Positions 52,749 to 64,000 of a stretch of DNA of 64,000 bases are shown piece after piece. The first letter of the stretch is position 1, and each line of letters begins with the position of its first letter. The notes under the pieces were generated by a model. That model searched no databases. It was not told the DNA's origin and worked only from the letters and a program-made list of their open reading frames with translations. A program made the translations under genes and the position numbers. This stretch comes from the human T2T-CHM13v2.0 reference genome, Homo sapiens, in the NCBI RefSeq assembly GCF_009914755.1, contig NC_060929.1; one strand, 5' to 3'.

Positions 52749-54828
52749 ATACAAACCTGTGTCTATATAAATATCTATAAATATTTCCAAATGTAACCAT
52801 CAGTATCCAACATTAAGTTAAACATTAGTTCATGAGATGTCTCCTTCTCTAGTTAATAAACACTTGGATCATTCTACCCTCTTTTTTTTTCTTATCTGTA
52901 ACCTCCCATTCCAAAAGTGCGAAAAATGATTCCCATCACCTGCCATTTATTTAAATTCCAGTGTATGTGTATTGTGGTATAAAAATTATTAACCTATACC
53001 CAGTGAGAAATAGCTGGATCAACTAGATACAGGTCTTATGTACAATTTTCTTTGCCTTTAGTCTAACGGTCTCATTCATTTTGAAAATTATTTAAATTAG
53101 CATTCTCTCCAAAACTTTCCAGAGAGATTAATATATTTCTAACAGAGTTAAATTATATTGTCACATTCTGTACTCCATCCTAGAATCTCATGATCTCCTA
53201 AAATACTTTAAAAATCCACATATATTAAGATTCAATCATTGTGCCCCTCAGTTCTATGAGTTTTGACAAACCTATAATGTTATACAAACACCATTATCCT
53301 TTCACGTAGAATTGTTTCACCACACTAAAACTTCAAACTTCTCCTGCATGGAACCCTGGCAGCCACTGATCTCTTATATTTTTATCTTTTCCAGAATATC
53401 ATGTAATTGGAAACATGGAAGTTCGCAATGCTCCACATGCTTGGTACCATTGGTTAGAATTGTCTGGTGTAGGATTTTAGTAATTCTAGTAGATTTGTAA
53501 GTATATTGCGTTAGTGTTCTGCTTTGCAATTCCCTAATGACAAATGATTTTGAGCATAGTATTATATGGTTAATAGCTATCTGTATATCTTCTTTGGTGA
53601 GATGTTTGTTCATACATTTTGTACACTTTAATTGGATTTTTGTTCCTTAAGTTTAAGAGTTCTTTGTATATTTTAGATACAAGTTCTCTATTAGATTTAT
53701 GTTTTGCAAATATTTTCTTCCAATATGTGTCTAGTCTTTTCATTCTCTTAAGGGTACTTTACAGAGCAGTAGTTTTATAGTTAATGAAGCTCAAAGTACT
53801 CCAAATTTGTTCTTATTCTTGAGCATTTTGATTACTCAGTCTAAGCCTTTTGCCTTTTGATGTCAATTTTAGAATAATTTTGTCAATATATAATAGCTAC
53901 TGCCTATTCAAAGTATCTACTTATCTTTTGTGAGTTTTGCTAACTTGTGTCTTTCAGAGAATTAGCACATTTCATACATGTTATCAAATAAGTTTGCATA
54001 CAATGTACATAGCATTCTATGTAATTTAACATCCATGTAATCAGTAGTGATGACCCCATTTTATGTCTACTATAGGTAATTTGCTCTCTATTCTTCTTGC
54101 TCTTTCTCTGACTTAGCCTGGCTAGAAGTTTATCTATCAATTTTACTGATCTTTATGAAGTGCTAGCTTTTAGCTTATTGATTTATTATTTTCTGTTTTC
54201 AATTTCATTGATTTTTCTTAAAATTTTTATCATTTTTTTCTTCTACTTGGATTAGGCTTAAATTTTTTCTCTGGTTCTCTAAGAGGATCATTTAAATTAT
54301 TGACTTTAGGTATTTCATATTTTCTAATATATATATTTAATAACATACATTTTCCTCTAAGTGCTGCTTTCATTATATCCCACAAATACTTTTGTTATAT
54401 AGTCATTGTTATTTAATTCCAATAATTTATATTTCTCTTGAATCTTCTACTTTGATGTCTCACAGGTTATTTACACATACGTTGTTTAAATATATATCAT
54501 TTTAATTATAAGTATATATATTACATATATACACACACACGTACCTTTAAAGAATGCTTGACTGTTTAATATATAGTGAAGATAGAGAATATAATTTTCA
54601 ATTCCTCACTTTCTTACACTGCAGTCACTCATTTCACTTATCCATATGATAAAATAACCCAATACACTATTATTACAGTTACTTTAAAAAGTTATATTTT
54701 AGATAAATTAAAAGTAAGAAAAAAATAATTTATTTTCCCTTTATTCTTCTTGGACCCTTTTCCTTTCTTTATGTAGACCTAAGTTTCTGTTCTGTATTAT
54801 TTCCTTTCTTGAAAAACTTTTTAAATTA

Positions 54829-55106
54829 GCCATAGACCAAATCCTTAATCCAGATAAGGGGTAGCCAGTAGGGTCCTCAAAAGGACTCCTTAAAACCCAG
54901 AAAATTTTGTAACTGGGTCCTGGAACAGCTTGCTCGGGCCCATTCCCACCCTGTGGAGTGTTCTCTTGCTTTAATAAATTCCTGCTTTCCCTGCTTTGTT
55001 CCTGTGTTTCGTTCTTTGGTTAACTTTGTTTGTGCATTTCATTCAATTTTTTGTTCAAAACCCCAAGGACCTGGACAACTCACTCATGGCCTTCCTTCTG
55101 GTAACA
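54829..55106 (+). mobile_element. MER41-family ERV1 LTR, 3' part
   Basis: gctcgggcccattcccaccctgtggagtg...ttaataaa...caattttttgttcaaaaccccaaggacctggaca...ggtaaca. Confidence 0.75.
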
Positions 55107-55424
55107 AAAATAAACAGTGCCAACTTGGGGTGAATGCTCTTTTCAGTTGGGATAAGACTATAGCAAAGTTTGTCCCATGGACAGTAGCTCATTGTTACAG
55201 AGAATATTGTATTTCAAAATAGGTACCATTCTATGTAGAATAATAGCCATTCTACGAAACTATCTTAATCCTTGTAACCCAGTCCATACTTAGCCTCCAG
55301 AATTCATGGGTATTACCACTGAAGAGTCCTTATGTCTATGGCTCTTTCAACGTTTTCTCCAGATAAACAGATCTTTGCTGTGACTATCTGGGTTTACCTC
55401 TCTCTCTCTCTCCTCGTTTTCTCT

Positions 55425-55912
55425 TTATGTTTTTTAATTTAAACTTCTATTTTCAGTTCAGGGGTACATGATCAGGTTTGATATATAGGTAAGTTCTTTG
55501 TAATGGGGATTTGGTGCACAGATTCTCTCGTCCTCCTGGTAATAAGCAAAGTACCCAATAGACAGCATTTTGTTCCTCTTCTTTCTCTCACCCTCCACCC
55601 TCAAGTAGGACCTGGTGTCTGTTGTTCCCTTCTTAGTGTCCATTTGTATGCAGTGTGTAGCTCCCATTTATAAATGACCACATGTAGTATTTGTTTTTCT
55701 GTTCCTGCATTAGTTCCATTAGGATAATAGCCTCCAACTCCATCCATGTTGTTGCAGAAGACATAACCTCATTCCTTTTGATGGCTATGTAGCATTCCAT
55801 GGTATGTATGTACTGCATTTTCTTTATCCAGTCTACCATTGATGGACATTTAGGTTGATTCCGTGTCGTTGCTATTGTGACTAATGCTGTGATGAACATA
55901 CACTTGCATGAG
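55425..55912 (-). mobile_element. L1 (old L1PA/L1PB class) 3' end
   Basis: tttcagttcagggggtacatg-like start...tttctttatccagtctaccattgatggacatttaggttgattcc. ORF track: FITALVTIATTRNQPKCPSMVDWIKKM. Confidence 0.88.
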
Positions 55913-57374
55913 TCTCTGTAGACTTTGGCGTGGTGGTTGGCCCTATAAACTCCATTCCTTGTTGAATCGTTAACAAGTCATCATTTTTATTTTTTCAACT
56001 TTTTCTTCTTGTATATATGAGAGAAATGACTAACATTTATTACTATAAAAGCTAAAACCAGAAATTCTGCTAGATATACATATATATATATATACTTAAT
56101 TATAAATGAAATAAGTGTATTTACTGAGGTAAAAGCAAACATAGTAATCTTCAAAATACAGAAAAGAAATTTGCTATGAGAGATTGTCTAAATTCATCAA
56201 TTCTAGAGCAAACGAATAGAGAAAAATGTTATGTATTCAAACCTTTGCCATGTTTTATAATAGTGTGTAGTATTATTTAATTTGCCAGTATTTATTAAAT
56301 TTTAGTCCAGTAAACTAACTTCCTTTTGCCATTTAATAAAATTGCCTATTGTTTAATTTCAAAGCTCTTAGAGAGCTTTGAATTTCTACTAAAATTGTTT
56401 CTCTAAGTTTATCAATATTATTGAGATATCATTAGCTGATACCCAGTAATTAAAAAGAGATTATATAATCTTAAGACTTTTATGTGTGAATTCAATGGAT
56501 AATGTTCCTCTGTAAATGGTGTCTGTGAAAAACATGAGCATTTACATTTTTTGGAGATTTCAAGGGAGTTTTATTTCTGTAAAGAGAATATTATGTGGTG
56601 TAAAATAATTAAGAAAATAATGAGGTGAATCTATCTTTAATGAGATTTCCTTTCTTTTGTGTATTTGTCTTTCATAATAATAACTAATACTGAGATATAA
56701 TTTATAAGCAAAATACTGAACACATTTCATTTGCAAAGAAATCTTCCTTAATAATATTGTCAAACTGTATTATAAATAATTTGCCTTTAGCAAAAGCCTT
56801 TTCTATTTTAATGATGAAGTTAGCTTTACTATTTCATAAGGTTTTGATTTGTACTTCACTTTATGTCATTGCCAACATTGTTCCTGCCTCAAATAAGGAC
56901 ATCAGTGGACAAAACTTACTTTACCTTCACTGTTAAATTATGATGATTTGTTTCATCAAAACTATAAAATGTTTCATTCAATTAAACAGTCTTTTTCAAC
57001 ATAAAAGTTTGATATCTTGATTATGGTAATAATCTCACAAGAGCATTTATATGTCAAAACTCAGCAAAATAGACACTTATATGTGTACAGTTTGTTGCAC
57101 AATAATGGTACCATAATTAAGTAGTTTAAAAATCACAGAGAATAGCAGTCACAGACATTTTTGTAGATACTAGTATTGTAACAAAGAAGACACATGTCAG
57201 CTTAAGGCAATATGAGACTAGTAGACATGTACATTGACAGATAATTTTATAATATATCTAGTGCTGTGAATGACAATGCAAAGGGAGGAATGAGAGTACT
57301 ATGGAAAGACACTTAGCTTAGTGGCTGTTAGAGAGGTCATTTGTTGTTAGATGAGACCAGAATGGACATGCACC

Positions 57375-60782
<3,408 letters not shown>

Positions 60783-60784
60783 AT

Positions 60785-61300
60785 TTATCAGTCAGGGTTA
60801 TATATAAAGAGGAATTTATATAGAAATAGAATGAAACAAAAATACACAGATAGATGGATAGATAGATAATAGATTGAGATTGATAGATTAGATAGATGAT
60901 AGTTATCTATTTTCTATATCTATCTATTTAGAAAGAGAGAGAGAGATGAACAGAGACAGAGACAGACAAACTGGATCAGGAGAACATGGGGGCAGGAGAA
61001 TATGTGGGCTGACAAGTTTGACATTCATGGAGCAGAGAAGTTCAAATTTTGTAGAGCAGGCTGGCTGGCTAGAAACTCAGGCAGGAGCTGATAATTAATC
61101 CAATTTTCATTCTTAGGCCTTTCAACTAACTGAATGAAGCCCACGCAAATTATCAACAGTAATTTCCTTTACATAAATGAACTGATGGTACATATTAACC
61201 ACATCTATAAAATACTCTAACAGCAACACATAGATTTGTGTTTGATTAAACAATTGGGTAACATAGTGTGCCAATTTGACACATAAAACAAATCATCACA
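60785..61300 (-). mobile_element. MLT2 (C/D-like) ERVL LTR containing (GATA)n
   Basis: tcagtcagggtt...ggcctttcaactaactgaatgaagcccac...acagcaacacatagatttgtgtttga...ttgacacataaaacaaatcatcaca. Confidence 0.8.
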
Positions 61301-61654
61301 AGTAAGAATGTGCAAGATGATACAGAAAAGGGGAAGGATATTCTAGACAGAGAATAATTTGAACACAATCATAAAGATCTAAAAAAGTGTACTAGTTTCA
61401 TAGCTATGAAAATAATTTAACATCACTTGATGTCTAGTAATGAAAGGTAGCATTTGAATAGTTGAAGAAAACACCACTTAGAAATTTTTTGTTAATCCAA
61501 AAGATTGTATTCATTATACCTAGGTACTTATCAAAAGATTTTAGGTGGGGAGTAACATGTTTATATTTTATATGTTAGTTTTCTTACAGCTATAGGAGTT
61601 AGGCTAAGAAGTGGAAGGGACAGTGATTTCACATTGTAAATAAACATATTTTTC

Positions 61655-61721
61655 TATATAGACTATGAACTCTTCAATAAAATGTTTTATATATAGACTA
61701 TGAACTCTTCAATAAAATGTT
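61655..61721. repeat. Tandem duplication, period 35 bp
   Basis: tatatagactatgaactcttcaataaaatgtt occurs twice (61655, 61690). Confidence 0.92.
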
Positions 61722-62349
61722 ATATTCATTATTTTCTATCATATAATGCTCTAGTTCACTTTAATAACAACTGATTTTTTTTAGTATTTCCTGTTTGTTT
61801 ACCTCTGTAAAGAAAACTTCACTTGAACTCACTCAGCTCTTGCTCAGAACTGAGTAGTTAAATCTTATTACTTTTATTACAAACATAAGGAAAAGGAGCA
61901 TTGGAGAGGTGAGAGATGCAGCTCATTTTACAAATCTCTCAGACATCAGATTCAAACTCAAAGTAATGACTCCAAATAACAGTTTGACTCTCCTGAAAAG
62001 AATTAAAATGATATTGGGGCAAGAAAAAAATGAAAATATTATCTCCTTTACTTAGATTTTGAGAATGGGCTAAGAAATAAATACAACAAAAAGGCAACTC
62101 TTCATGTTCTCTGTGTTACTTATGAAGGTCCAAAGATATAGCTTGGAAGTAATTCAATAAGATCTCCTCCTCATTCTTTAAATATATTCTGCTGAATAAT
62201 TTACTAAAAGTAGTGGTTGAAAACAATCAATTTACCAACATTTTGTTATTAAAAAATGCAATGCCTAAGAAGTATTTTTACATAGTGTGCTATGTATGTT
62301 AAATATGCATGCATATGTTATAATTACTTTATATGTATACAAGATAAAG

Positions 62350-62647
<298 letters not shown>

Positions 62648-62976
62648 AGACACATATACATTTACATTTATATTGTGTATAATAAATACATATGTTTAAG
62701 GATATATGTAGTTTTTAATCAGTACGTACATCTTAATTATCATAGTAATATTATGAATATTTCTAGCTTTGTTTACTTTAGAAAGAATAATGAGACAAAA
62801 GAAGCACATCAATTTAAAATAAACAGAACAACTGTGGAAGACCAGATGTGTTATGAGATGCTATGATACTGTTTTTACTTAAGAAGTTATCAGACAATGC
62901 TATATTCAGTTTGTTTGGCTATCCTAATATCACAAATATTTGAAATAATACTATTTTGTGACCAATAGTCAATTAA

Positions 62977-63296
<320 letters not shown>

Positions 63297-63747
63297 CCTT
63301 TCATTGTTTAATAAAACAATTGTTTTAAGTATCTTGATTGTTAAAACTAAATACATGTATAAACTAAAAATGCCTTCAAGCCCCATTTTGCATCCAAGCT
63401 CGATTTATATTTGTTTATTACAAGTACAGAAACTCCAATATTTTATAAAAATTCTACAATTTATGTTTTAGCAAAAATATTGAGTATTTATACTTTCCAG
63501 TAAATCCTAAATAATATATGTAAATTATAAATTTTAAACTGTATACATCAAAGAGTTTTTCTTTGACAGCTATATTTGGGAATGTGCTTATACATGCACA
63601 TGTGTTTGTGTGTGTTTGACTTACAGTCACTATTCCGGAAAAACAGATTTCAATAAGTCAATATGAAAAGAAAAAAAAGAAGCTAATTTCAGCAAATCAG
63701 GCACCTATGTCCAAGCTACTGTGATATCTAAATGAAAATTAAAGCAC

Positions 63748-63972
63748 TATCTTAGTCCACTGGGCTTTTATAACAAAATTCCATAAACTGTGTGGTTTAT
63801 AAAGAAAAGATATTTATTTCTCACACATTAGGAGACTGGGAAATAGAAAATTAAGATATCAGATTTGGCATCTAGGGAGGAGGGTTAAATTCCTAGTTCA
63901 TAGATAGCACCTTTTTGACGTGTCCTCACGTGATGGAAGGAACAAGGGAATTTTTTCAGACAATTTTATAAG
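63748..63972 (-). mobile_element. MLT1A-like LTR fragment
   Basis: tcttagtccactgggc...taacaaaattccataaactg...tttatttctcaca...gtgtcctcacgtgatggaagg. Confidence 0.75.
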
Positions 63973-64000
63973 TTCAAGTGAAGTTTTCTTCACAGAGGTA

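Larger units (their letters stand above)
51104..54820 (-). mobile_element. L1MC/MD-type 3' region and ORF2 pieces, interrupted by two LTRs
   Basis: gttgctccagatttggactttgtgagctctttcagttggctc; tagaatcagccatatctccaagaagccctgattc; cagttctatgagttttgacaaa. Confidence 0.7.

Noticed and set aside
54829-55106. MER41 as an interferon-inducible (STAT1 GAS) enhancer
   Set aside because: Only the 3' part of the LTR is present and I see no tandem TTCnnnGAA GAS motifs in it.

Overview
This is AT-rich, CpG-poor primate genomic DNA, most likely human or great ape given the AluY and L1PA3/4-type elements. It is intergenic or deep-intronic and most of it is transposable-element debris: about 18 Alus, many L1s from young L1PA to ancient L1M, about 13 MaLR LTR insertions including three proviral (LTR-internal-LTR) remnants, several ERVL/ERV1 LTRs, MIR/L2 relics and one MER44 DNA transposon. 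I found no credible protein-coding gene. The recognisable ORFs in the track come from Alu, L1, THE1 or other repeats; the rest are short AT-rich noise. I do not see a new biological system. The best signals are unusual retrotransposition and rearrangement events: (1) an L1PA insertion flanked by a ~178-bp target-site duplication at a perfect L1-endonuclease site; (2) an L1PA3-like element with a probable ~96-bp 3' transduction; (3) a Y4 RNA retrocopy lacking the 5' ~33 nt that are known to be released as a Y4 fragment; (4) a MaLR internal sequence bounded by an MLT1C-type LTR at one end and an MLT2-type LTR at the other; (5) an MLT1A provirus with an internal inversion; (6) two twin-primed, 5'-inverted L1s, one of them atypical. 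All subfamily names come from recalled consensus sequences and need RepeatMasker/Dfam confirmation. Boundaries of old elements are approximate.
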